DNA of 64,000 nucleotides from Lytechinus pictus. Its lineage: Eukaryota. The notes under the pieces were generated by a model. It saw only the letters and a list, made by a program, of their open reading frames with translations. It was not told the origin of the DNA and ran no database searches. The position numbers and the translations under genes were made by a program. Each line of letters begins with the position of its first letter. Positions within the stretch are counted from its first letter, which is position 1. Location: contig NC_087252.1 of the NCBI RefSeq assembly GCF_037042905.1, positions 22,260,001 through 22,324,000 on the forward strand, given 5' to 3'. This document shows positions 25,835-37,991 of this stretch, piece by piece.

Positions 25835-28800
25835 ATTCAATACAAAGGACTCTGGTGGAGACTTTGGTAGTGAACTTATATACAGTTTTATTTTACAGGT
25901 CGGCGCCAGGTCGGTGCCAGCTAGGCAGGTAAATCAACAGGCATGGTATCCATGTTGCGGGAGGTGTATGAAGTGCTTAGATATCAATACTGATATCGTA
26001 AAACCCCCTTCTTCTGATAATATTGAGATTTTCAAATTTCAATGATATTGTTTTCAAACAATACTTGTGGTAGTCTGCAAATTTTGGTAATTTGGCTTAG
26101 TTATGATATATGAGATAATAATGTAGAAATTGTTTGGTTTGTGAGAATAATATCAATTTGTGATAAACTGTATGCATCTTCAATTTTACATAACTTCAAT
26201 CTTGTGCAAAAATTAAAATAATTTGGAAAACCGGATTGATCCTGAAATCAATATTTCCAAACAATAAATTTTGGCTATAGTGTCATTTTGATAATTTCAT
26301 AAACACTATCTTGACATACCAAAATAATGTAAAATGATTATACATGCATATAACATGGACCTATTACTAATGTCTTCAGTGTTGTTCTTCTTTCTTCTCT
26401 TTCTCTTCTTTGTTTGAGAGTTTAGAGTGTTCATAATGTTCAATCTTCACACATGAATCTCTCTGGTTTGCGAATAGTGCGTCCAGATCTCGTAGTTTGT
26501 GAGTATGTCTGTTGAGATTGATTAGCGTTAGAGTTGGACATTGGTGTTCGTTGGAGGTTGTCTTCCTCTGGTTGAGTTTCTGTGGAGTGCTCTTCGTTGA
26601 AACTCAAACGCTTCGGAGTTGGGTTGGTGGATGGAACTTCCCTCAAGTGAGATCTATTTCTCCTCAAGATTCCTCCGTTCGGCATTAAAACTTCGTAGGA
26701 TCGAGGTTCTTCACAGACCTTGGATACCTTTGCTGGTATCCAAGTGTTGTCTCTTGGATGCAGAACCCTCACTGGCTGTCCTACATGCAGTGGTGGCAAA
26801 TCAGAACTTGCAAGTCGATCATGCACTTCCTCCATTTTCTCTTGCCTTTTCAAGAGAAACTCGGTGGCAGCAGAATTTCTCGAAAGATAGTGACTTGGCA
26901 ATGTGGTTCTGATGGGTCTTCCAAACATCTCTGCTGGTGATCTCAAGTTATTGTCAACCGGTGTTGCTCTCAGGTGCATCATGGCTAGTTGACTGTCTTG
27001 GCTAGTTTGAAAACACTTCGTCAACAGATTCTTGATTGTACGTACGAACCATTCTCTCAGCTAATCAGTTGGATCTTGGATAGTAAGGTGAAGAAGTGAT
27101 GTGCTTGATATTCCACTTCTTGCACATGTCTTGGAATGGTTTCCCGATAAATTGTGGACCGTTGTCGGACACAATCTCTTCTGGTGGAACGAACAGACTG
27201 AAGATTCCCGTCATCTCCCTTGCTATAGCTGCACTGGATCGGTTAGCTTAGCAATGATCGGATACTTGGAGTAGTAATCAGTAACGAGTAGATACTCTTG
27301 TCTATTGAGCATGAACAAGTCGGTTCCCAGTCTGGTCAATGGTGCTGGTGGTACATCATGGGGATGCAGTGGCTCTTTCTGCTGTCTTGCTTGGTGTTTC
27401 TGGCATGTTTCACACTGCTTTATCAACTGATCAATGTCCTTGTTGATGTTTGGCCAGAACACTGTCTCACGAGCAAGTCACCTCTTGCTTTCGATTCCCA
27501 TGTGTCCTAGGTGAAGCTGTCTAAGAATGTCATTCCTTAGTGTCTTCGGTATGATGACTTGACTTCCCTTGAAGAGTACTCCGTGTGATACTCCGATTTC
27601 ATCTCTGTAAGACCAAAATTGACGAAGGGATGTCGGCAATTCTTGGATGGTCTCAGGCCATCCCTGAAACTATTTGCCATAGTGATCTGAGAACAGGATC
27701 ATTAGCCGTTTCTCTCTGAAGCTCTCTTCTCTTGTGTATATCAAGTCAATCTGGTGCGAATCTTCGGCTTCAGAGCAGGTGGATTCCATTCTGACATCTA
27801 GCGGAACATCGCGGGCTTCCTTGGGATTAGGAAGCCGGCTCAAGGTATCGGAAAGAATCATGTCTTTTCCTGGTCGATACTTGACTTGACATCAGTATCA
27901 TTGGACTTTAATAAGCAATCTCTGTAGACGTGGTGGTGCACTTCTAAGAGGTTTCTTCCATATCATCTCCAATGGTCTGTGATCTGTTACGACGGTGAAT
28001 TCCTTCCCGAACAGATATGTATGGAAGCGGTTGATACCAAAAACTAGGGCTAAGGTTTCCCTCTCTATGTTGGAATAGTTGGACTGTGCAGTGGAAAGAC
28101 TTTTGGATGCAAATGCAACTGGTTTGCCTTGCTGGAGCAGGCATGCTCCCAGCCCTTTCATCGATGCATCTACCTCAAGAGTTGTCTCTTTCTTTGGGTC
28201 ATAGTATTGTAGACATGCACCTGATGATACTGCACGTTTCAGGCTGTTCAAGGAATGTTCATGATCATCATCCCAGATGAATGGTACTTCCTTGTGTAGA
28301 AGTTCTCGAAGTGGCGCTGACTTCTCTGAGAAGTTAGGAATGTATGCTGCTAGGTATTTGAATAATCCTAGGCATCGATCTCTGAACATCTTCCTTGTCC
28401 TTGGGTGATGGCATTGATGTGATAGCTTCTACCTTGCTCGGATCTGGGTAGATACCTTTTTTTATTGTTAACATTTGAACAGGGCTCTCTTGTAAAGCAG
28501 TTGTATACTGAAGAGACTACCCTGGGTAAATAAAACAAAATAAATAAATAAATAAATAAATACCTGATCTAGTGTACTACTGATTCCCACTTTGGACCGT
28601 AAATTGCTTTTGCGGTACGTAATGTGATAGTGTTAGCACTTGCCCCCGAGTCCACTTGTAGGTAAAGCTCTCTGTGGGCATATTATGTCAATGTTAGCAA
28701 ATGCTACAGTACCTTCTGGATTTACAACTGTGTGTGGTCCATTAGTGTGTATGGTGTCGAATTGTGCTACGTTGAATGGACTATCTGTAGATTGGAAATG

Positions 28801-29774
28801 ATCATGATCTGTGCTAGTATCATGTGTTATGTCCATTTCGCTTATCAGTTTACTCTTTTGACTTTTCGACTTTGATCGTGATTTGTTTTGTTTTGGTTTC
28901 CGATCATCAGATACCATGTCCGATCTTCGGTCATCTGATCTACGATTCCGTTTACGACTAAGATCTTTTTTTCGATTTACGACAGAATTTGGCCCAGTGG
29001 CCCGTGGTGTCACAGGCAGGGCACTCATCGTCATACGCAGTGCACTGACGAGGTTTGTGGAAATGTTCGCAGTTACCACACACTTTTCGTCCCTGGTTAC
29101 GCTTGAACGAATCAATATTCTGTTTAGGGTCTGCTGTCTCAAGACATTGTCTGCTCGCAGCGACTGCCTCGTATTTATACGACCTTCTACCAAAATTTGT
29201 TCGACCTTGTAACCTTTCGGTTGATCTAGCAATGACTTTTGGAATTCGAGACTTGGGAGTTGACGCAATCACTAGCTCCATGATTTGCTCATTTAACTCA
29301 GCTCCTCGAAATCGCAATTTGTGGCTTTGTCGAATTCATCGATCGTTTCATCTGGTTTCTGCCTGTACCACATTAGCTCTAAGCGGTGTGTGCGAAAATT
29401 GATAGTCTCCATAGCTCTTGCGGCTTTTCTTTATCTGTCTCTGATAAGCCCCGATGCATTGATTTAACGCAAGCCTTCATTGCCTACAGCAATCTTGATT
29501 TTTATAGCCACTTTTCTCTGATCATGCAGTTATGTCTTGGTCTGCTAGAATCAGCTCCATTCTTTGTCTGAAAAGCTGGAACTCTTCGGGAAGGTCTGTT
29601 GCCTCCCAGTTCATTTCTGGATATTTTCCACTACTCATTGTGTATGTTCGCTGTACGTATTAGGTATTTAAACGAACGAGTGTAGATATTAATGTCTGAT
29701 TATATCCACGTGTGATCGCTCCTTACAGTCACAGGTCGACTGGTGATGATACCTGTAACGCACTCACAGCCTTG
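25835..29774 (-). mobile_element. Decayed Gypsy/Ty3 LTR retrotransposon, copy 2
   Basis: Same gag, RNase H and integrase fragments (ORFs 26440-27024, 27223-27462, 27898-28389, 28958-29317). PPT/LTR boundary at ~26003. Confidence 0.9.
28458..28559 (+). mobile_element. ~100-bp retroposed 3' end of a LINE/SINE with (AAAT)n tail
   Basis: TSD atacct at 28452-28457 and 28560-28565. Empty site at ~13520. Stem-loop-like cagggctctctt...aagagactaccctg followed by (aaat)n. Confidence 0.8.
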
Positions 29775-32700
29775 TAGTAGACTTGCTAACTGCAAAAAAA
29801 GGGGTGAATGCTGCATTTTTGAGTACAAATGTCCCACTTGGCACAAATGTTCCTTGAGTCAAAAGAAAAAGATTCATCCAAAGAGACACGCTGTATCTAT
29901 GCAAATAAGCAAGTAATTTGCATAAATTTGCATATTATGTCGATATAGTGAAAACAAGTATTTAAGAATATACATTTAACCAGAACTGCCCTAAAATTGG
30001 AAGACTTAGGGTAAGAAAGGGGAAGAAAATTGTCATAAAATGATTGAGATATCCTTGTTTATTATTACCTAATTTGCATAAATTAGGCAAATTATAATTC
30101 AAAACAGAGTACTTTTTCATGAATCCTCAACTGTTTTATAAATAACAGCAATTAATACACAATGTTATCATTCTACATGAAAGAGAATATATTAGCACAA
30201 ACATCAATATGCTTCATGACAGTATTAGTGTCTTAATTTGCTTAGAAAGAGGGCAAACATGTCAAAATGTATGACGTGATATTGCGCTAAAACGAGACCA
30301 AACAACCTCCATGTCACAGTCACACTCACGAATCCGACAATAAAGCGATCAATGGTATGTCATTCGAAATAACACAATCCCAACACAATAACTTCCATCG
30401 GCTTCTCGTATCGCTTTTGTTTGTGTGTCTGCCACACCGTAATCTATGATATATACGGGCAAAATGCATTTCGGTATCACCATTTGTTTTATTTGTTTCT
30501 AATTTGTTTCTCTTGGAAAATTTACAGGAGACATTGCCTTGCATGTTACTGCTTTAATGAAGCTTTGGCACATGAATCATGACGAATGTACCCCACCTCA
30601 ATCCATGTTTTAACTTTATAAAAATCTATATCTTTTGGAGACCCCGAAGTGGCAAAACTGCATTCCCCCGGCATTCCCGCTACTTTACAAAACCAGTTTG
30701 ACTTGCATTATCGACTTGGAAAAGACACATGTATGAGACACCAGTCAACATGTTTCCTAAAGAAAGTTTTGTTGTTTATTTAAGCCTTCGCCCATGGGAG
30801 CCCTCCGAATTTACCCCATCTCTTCTCCTTATTTTGACACTAAATAAAAAATATCGTGTTTTAAAGCCATCGGCAACGCAACTTGCGTTTATTGGTATAA
30901 TAAAGCAACTTTTTATGTCTATTTTTTTATCAATATTATTATTATTATAATGATTATTATTATTATTATTACTATTATTATTATTATTATTATTATTATT
31001 GTTCTGCAGTTTGTAATAATGCTCTAGCATAGTAAAGGCTATAACCCAACAGAAGCATGCCTAGGATACCGTTTCCCCTTTTGGTTTGATGTATTCAAAA
31101 ATAGTTTATTGTCTTTAGAACTCTTAAAAGATTACTTTTGTTTGTATTGATATCTTGGAATAGATTGAGGAGAAAATACTTAACTCTACAATTGATATGT
31201 AGAGGAGCTGTGGTACATTGAAGAAAGGCCACACGTAAGCTCTAAACTACTCAAAGCCCTTTATTGATTCCACTCTATATTTTTAGAGCCCAATCGGAAG
31301 AAAGATGCATTTCTATATACTGCACAGTAAAGCCGCTTTACGTTCTCCTCTTGGGAAAAAACATAGAAGGCATTGTTTAATATCGCATAAAATAAGTTCG
31401 TGTATATGACCATGATGACGGTGGCCTGTCGAAGTTGCCCAACCCTCTTTTGCTTTGACAATATATATTTAGAACATCGTCTAAATGAAGCCCTCATTCT
31501 GGAAAAGGGCACTTATTAAAGGCAGCATCTACATTACAGGCCCTAGCACGGGCAAGCGGGGGCTAAAGCACCCGGAAGATTTTCGGGGGGGGGGGGTGCT
31601 GCGTGTATTATTCTCCATAGACATCACCCCCCGGCAGATGTGACAAAACGAAAAAAAAGAAACGTTACCAAAATATCCTTTTTGTTTATTTGCTTGTTAA
31701 ATTTCTTGATGTAAATTTGAAATGCAAAAAAAGGTTCAATGTAAAATTTTGGTCCCAGGAAATTTAACAAGCAAATAAACAAAAAGGATTGCACTACAAA
31801 ATGAAGGTTATTTTGGTAACTTTTTTTTTTCGGTTTTGTCACAACTGCCGGAATTCCAGGGGGTGCTGCCCTTTTCCAGATGAGGGCTTCATGTAGACGA
31901 TATTCTAAATATATATTGTCAAAACAAAATAAAGGGTTGAGCAACTTTGACAGGCCACCTCATGTACACGAACTTATTTTATGCGATATAAAACAATGCC
32001 TTCTATGTTTTTTTTTTTTTTTTTTTTTTTGGGGGGGGGTTATTCAAAAGGAGAACGTAAAGCTGCTTTACTGGGTGCCAGGTAAAATGGCAAAGGTAAA
32101 AATGGCAGAGGTAAAAATGGCAGAAGTAAAAATGACAGAGGTAAAAATGTCAGAGGTAAAAAAGGCAGAGGTAATAATGGCAGAGATAATAATAGCAGAG
32201 GTAAAAAATGGCAGTGGTAAAAACAGCAGAGACATAAGTGACAAGAGGTAAATTTTTCTACAATTTTAAAGAACAGATATGCTTTTAAAAAGGGAAACAG
32301 TTTTATTACAATAAATTTGTAAGAGTACACGCACAAAATACCAATTTTCTGTAATTTTACACAAATGTATGTAAGATTACACAGTGCAGTAAGATTAGAG
32401 GTGTTCTCCAGACTCTGTTGCAGGAATTTTTTATTTTTAAGTATAAATTTTCTAACAACGTAAAAAATGTCGGAGTTGAAAATGGCAAAGGTAAAGATGG
32501 CAGATGCAAATATGAAAGAGATATGGGGTGCTGGTTTGTTAAAAAGCCGAGAAAAAAAATTTCATTCCAAAATGAAAGGGGATTTGGTTAAGGGGGAAAT
32601 GACACAAACAATTATTTCAACTAAATAAAGTTCTTTTAGGTCAGAAAAAGAAGTACAACAAAAATAATAACAATTAGATAATAAACAATGTTTTTTCTTC

Positions 32701-35109
32701 TGTTTGAACAATAACAGAGATTTGTATCAAATCTCTACATTTTAGTATTCCTAGCTGATTACCAAGAGGGTGCTGCTTATGGTGTACAAAATACCCAACA
32801 GCACTTCCGCTTCCAAGGGTTATGACCATCAAGGCGTTTAATTATATCACATTGGATGCAGTGGTAAAGGTTCAGGGTCTTCTTTTGTGCAAAGAATCTG
32901 AACCAGACGGTCCCCCTCGATCGACCCCAAATTGGTACCAATAAAAACAAGATTATTATTGATTTTGATAATCAGTTACATATTCAGTGCCAAGCCTGAA
33001 CGCATGCTTTTTGTCATTCAAATATTTAAAAGTACAGACGACATTACAAATAAGGACATGATATTTAACCACAATCATTCGTGACAATTTCAAAGTCTAA
33101 GCTTTCCCCGCTATGTTCTTTATGTTTTTCCCCTCTCTGTCTCTCCAACTCTTTTATGTCTACTCTTCCTCCTTTTAGCATCGGTAAACCTGGCAAAACT
33201 CTAGAAATAAAAACAACAGCCAGACAAAAAGGAATGTTATAAAATGATGAATGAGAATAGTGCAGTTTCATTTTGCTTCTGACAAATTGAATGAAAAAAT
33301 ATCTGTCGTTTGATTTCTTTTTAAAAAGCCTTCACGGTACACCTCCAACGAATTCGTAAACAGCATTGTTAGGCCGATGAAGACATGATGATATGATGAA
33401 ATGCCTAACCGTGACATGCACTTCTAATCTAATTTATGTACATGCGTGGGCTTTTTGACAATTCATTGCATGGAGGGTACCTAGAGCTGTAATTTTACAT
33501 CTGCCGTTATTACCTCTGCCATTTTACCTCTGCCTTTTTTACCTCTGCCATTTTTACCTCTGCCATTTTTACCTCTGCCATTATTACCTCTGCCATTTTT
33601 ACCTCTGCCATTTGTACACCGAGCCGCTTTACTGTGTAGTAGAAATGCATCTTTCTTCCAAATGGGCTCAAAGAATATTTGAATTCAACATAGAGTGGAA
33701 TCAATAAAGGGCTTCGAGTTGTTTAGAGCTTACGTGTGGCTTTTCTTCAATGTACCACAGCTCCTCTACATGTCAATCGTAGAGTATTTTCTCCTCAATC
33801 TATTCCAAGATATCAATACAAACAAAAGTTATCTTTTAACAGTTCTAAAGACAATAAACTATCTTTGAATACATAAAACCAAAAGGGGAAAGGGTATCCT
33901 AGGCATGCTTCTGTTGGGTTATAGCCTTTACTGTGCTAGAGCATTATTACAAACTGCAGAACAATAATAATAATAATTATTATTCTTATTACTATAATAA
34001 TAATAATTATTATAATAACTATTATTATAACTATAATAATAATAATTATTATAGAGGGGAGGGGGATGGGGGTAAATTCGGAGGGCTCCCATGGGCGTAG
34101 GCTTAAAAAAACAAAAAACTTTCCTCAGGAAACATGTTGACTGATGTGTCATACATCTGTCTTTTCCAAGTCGAAAATACAATTCCAACTGGTTGTGTAA
34201 AGTAGCGGGAATGCAGTTTTGCCACTTCGGGGTCTCCAAAAGATGTACCTGTATATTTTAATAAAGTTAAAATATGGATTGAGGTGGGGTACATTCATCA
34301 TGATTCATGAATTCATGGTCCAGAGCTTCATTAAAGCAGTAACCTGCAAAGCGATGTCTCCTGTAAATTTTCCAAGAGAAACAAATTAGAAACAAATAAA
34401 ACAAATGGTGTTTTACCGATACCGAAAAGCATTTTGCCTGTATACATGTATATCATAGATTACGGTGCGGCAGACACACCAACAAAAGCGATACGAGAAG
34501 CCGATGGAAGCTATTGTGTTATCTCGAATGACGTACCATTGATCGTTTTATTGTCGGATTCGTGAGTATGACTGTGACATAGAGGTTGTTTGGTCTCGTT
34601 TTAGCGCAATATCACGTCAAATATTTTGACATATTTGCCCTCTTTCTAAGCAAATTATGACACCAATACTGTCATGAAGTATATCGATGTTTTCGCTAAT
34701 ATACTCTCTTTCATGTAGAATGTTGACATTGTGTATTAATTGCTGTTATTTATAAAAAAGTTGAGGATTCATGAAAAATACTCTGTTTTTAATTATAATT
34801 TGCATAATTTATGCAAATTAGGTAATAATAAACAAGGATATCCCAATCATTTTATGACAATTTTCTTCCCTTTCTTACCCTAAGTCTTTATTTCCAATTT
34901 TAGGGCACTTCTGGTTAAATATATAATCTTAAATACTTGTTTTCACTATATCGACATAATATGCAAATTTATGTAAATTAATTGCTTATTTGCATAGATA
35001 CAGTGTGTCTCTTTGGATGAATCTTTTTCTTTTGACTCAAGGAACATTTGTGCCAAGTGGGACATTTGTACTAAAAAATGCAGCGTTCAACCTCTTAACA
35101 AGTCTACTA
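29775..35109. mobile_element. Academ-like foldback element, outer, copy 2 (both ends present)
   Basis: tagtagacttgctaa ... ttaacaagtctacta. Symmetry centre ~31710-31752. Flanks ttg / aaa do not form a TSD. Confidence 0.8.
32071..33623. mobile_element. Non-autonomous MULE-like element with inverted 15-bp subterminal arrays
   Basis: Ends ctgggtg / caccgag. (ggcagaggtaaaaat)n on the left and (atttttacctctgcc)n on the right. Imperfect 8-10 bp TSD (c[gt]gcttta / ccgcttta). The empty site is visible in other Academ arms. Confidence 0.72.
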
Positions 35110-37509
35110 AAAATGACATGGGGTTTGAATAAAGTGCAGCATTTATTGTAATTCTCAAGTTTGTTATTGAAATCTCAGTCTCACAGACTGGGTTTTTATT
35201 ATCTTTCACATAATTGTAAAGAACCGACAGTGCTGCTTAGATTTAAATGGGCAAACAAATAGCAATATAAATAGATTCTCCATCTTGAGCATACAATTAT
35301 TAACTATATTTCAAAATTTGATGAAATTTTCATAGATTTTGACTGAGTAATAGAGGTTTAAACTGATAGTATTGATCGCGTGAGGTCTAAAAATGCCAAT
35401 TTTTTTTATTGCGCAATTGTTAAAATCATCAATTTGGGTGAAATTTGAAGCTCTATAGCAGAAAATCAAGCGCATGGACCTACGTTATATTTAGCATATT
35501 TGGAATATTCAGGACTGGTGCTCAATTATCTCTGTGGAAAGTTTGGCAAGAATGACATGGATTTCACTTTAACTGTGGAACACCCTTAAAACGTTAACTC
35601 AACAATTCGACAAAAAACTAATCATTTTAGTCAGCCTCATATGGTAGACAAAAAATTCAATTTCAACAATACTTTGCCTGAGAATGTTGAAGTAATGTGA
35701 TAAATCTGCATCATTAGGGTTAATAAAATTATTTACCAATAACTTGTGAATACTTTGGCAGTTTGAATCATCATATTATTACGATTACAAAATTTTCTGG
35801 TGTATACTCGCTATCATTAATTGTTATTATTGGCACCAGTGATTTTTTTTTCTCTCTCCGTAAAATGCCCTGAAGTATTGGTGATCATAACCAAAATTAT
35901 ATGGTATATGTATATTTTGGATGAGGTTCGGCTCTTTTGTATGTACTACTGTACATTCAGTATCAATATCATATAAGAGAAGTGGCTGAAAACGGAAAGG
36001 CAGAAGAGATACTATTTTCACTTACGACTTATACATAAAAGTCGTAAGTAATATAATTAAAAAATTATACAATTATGAAACGATTATCTGAACTTAAATA
36101 AAAATTAGTCCAGTCGATTTCAGAATGAAAATGCATGAAGAAAAAAACAACAACAACAATCCATGAACCCTCTTGTGTTATTGCATTACACACCATTACA
36201 CATGTCACTGTTGACACATTCACACAGACACAGACTTACACAAATCTTAATTTGTTTGTAGTTAGCAAGCAATTTCTCCAGTCTTGTAACAGGCGGTTGG
36301 GAGCAGGCTGCCCCCCCCCCCCTCCCCCCGGTGGATTTCACCGGGGAAAAAAAGGGGGAAGAGAAAAGGGAGAAGAAACAAAAAAAAGGGAGGGAAATTG
36401 AAAGAAAAAGGGGGAAAGAGGAAGGGGAGAGGGAAAGCAAGAACATAAAAAAGGGAAAACGAAAGGAAATCGGGAAAAGGAAAGTAAAACTCTTGAGAAA
36501 AAAAACAAATCATCGTGAAATACTAATAGGCTACACTAGCATGTTTGGTAAAAAAGTCAAATAAATGACAAAATTGAACATAAAAGGAAAAAAGAGGCAA
36601 AAATAAGCGGAAAATTAAGGTGAAATGGAATGAGCCAAAAGCTAAATTTGAAAATGAAGAAAAGGGACAAGAAAAAAAAAGAGAACTTAAAAACACGACC
36701 AGTCTGCCGAGGATTAATAACATAGAACAGGAAGAAAAATATATGCCCTATAACACTGTGTATGAAGTCTATTATAAACTTGATCAATTTAATGCAGTAA
36801 TGGTCGCAACCAGGACAAACAAAGTCCTAGGCCAAGGTCTAGACACATCCTCCTATATATGTTATATATCCCTACCTATTGTAAGCTTTTCGCAGGCAAG
36901 AGTTACCGTAAAAAGCTTCTTAATGTCTACAATCTCAAAAGCTATACAGGGGACTTTGCCCCAGACCTCATGCAGCAGGGGCTCTTCATCTGTAACTTCC
37001 AAAGGGCCCTATATAACGGGGCCCCTGTATGACCTTCCTGCATTGAGCTTTATGTTGAAGCACTGGCGTATATGGGGTGGGGGCTTGGTTCCACCAAGGG
37101 GGAAGAAAATAATGATGAAAAGGACAGGAAATTAATTGGGGAAAATTGAAATAATTATGATATATAATAATTTTGATATATAATGTAAAAAAATCTATCA
37201 CATAATTAGAATTTCATTTCAATTGGCCATTATTTTCTGGCTCGCTTTTCTCGCTGGCAATAATATCCCACATTTGCTACATGTATATGTGCCACCTCAA
37301 AATATTTGGTTTATTATGCAACTGCGTTGAAGTAATGTGTTGTGTAAATGGTATACCTGGGATTTGTTTTATAAGGTTTAAAATGGCTTAATATAAATAG
37401 GTAACAAGGGTTCTGCCCCTGGACCCCACCCGCATATCACTAGCACACAGATGGAAGGGTTCTACAACTAAGAACAAAAAGAAAAGGATAGGAAAAGTAA
37501 GAATTTCAT

Positions 37510-37975
37510 TCCAGCTGATCTATCCCAATTTGGGTGGACCAAATTGTGGGCGTCTGCCGGGGGTGCCCCACCACTTAAAGTGTCAGTTAAGTGTCATTTA
37601 CGTACAAGTGAACTATGCCGAACATTTTCCTGTTGGTTTCAGGTGGTTAACTTACCAGCTGATCTAGCTCAATTTGGGAGGGGGAGGGGTTTTGGGGGCG
37701 TCTGCCGGGGGCGCCCCACCACCTAAAGTGTCAGTTAAGTGTCATTCATGTACAAGTGCACTATGCCGAACATTATCCTGTTGATTTCAAGTGGTTACCT
37801 TTCCAGCTGATCTAGCTCAATTTGGGGCCCCCAGTTGGGGGCGTCTGCCGGGGGTGCCCCACCACTTAAAGTGTCAGTTAAGTATCATTCATGTACAAGT
37901 AAACTATGCCGAACATTTTCATGTTGGTTTCAGGTGGTTACCTTTCCAGCTGATCTATCTCAATTTTGGGGCCTC
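37510..37975 (+). repeat. Tandem repeat, ~145-bp unit x ~3.2
   Basis: gggcgtctgccggggg..ccccaccac.taaagtgtcagttaag at 37548, 37696 and 37839. Confidence 0.9.
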
Positions 37976-37991
37976 TTTTTAGGGCCCGTAC

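Larger units (their letters stand above)
23186..33386 (+). repeat. Tandem segmental duplication, copy 2
   Basis: 23679-33386 matches 9023-22369. The homologue of 23186-23678 is expected left of the Harbinger element, outside the window. Confidence 0.9.
23186..35585. mobile_element. Kolobok-like (TTAA) DNA transposon hosting the nested stack
   Basis: 23186-23302 (aaatgaaatccatgtcattttc...tattccaaatatg...gagcttc) is an imperfect reverse complement of ~35447-35570. The right end reads ...ctgtggaacaccc|ttaa. The left end lacks ~15 terminal nt. Internal acaccgtgac repeats. Confidence 0.6.

Noticed and set aside
36135..37135. K/E/R-rich and 171-aa ORFs
   Set aside because: Derived from purine-rich low-complexity and repeat sequence with no recognisable domain.
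37510..37975. Regularly spaced repeats as a possible CRISPR array
   Set aside because: The whole unit repeats with no unique spacers, there are no cas genes, and the context is eukaryotic.
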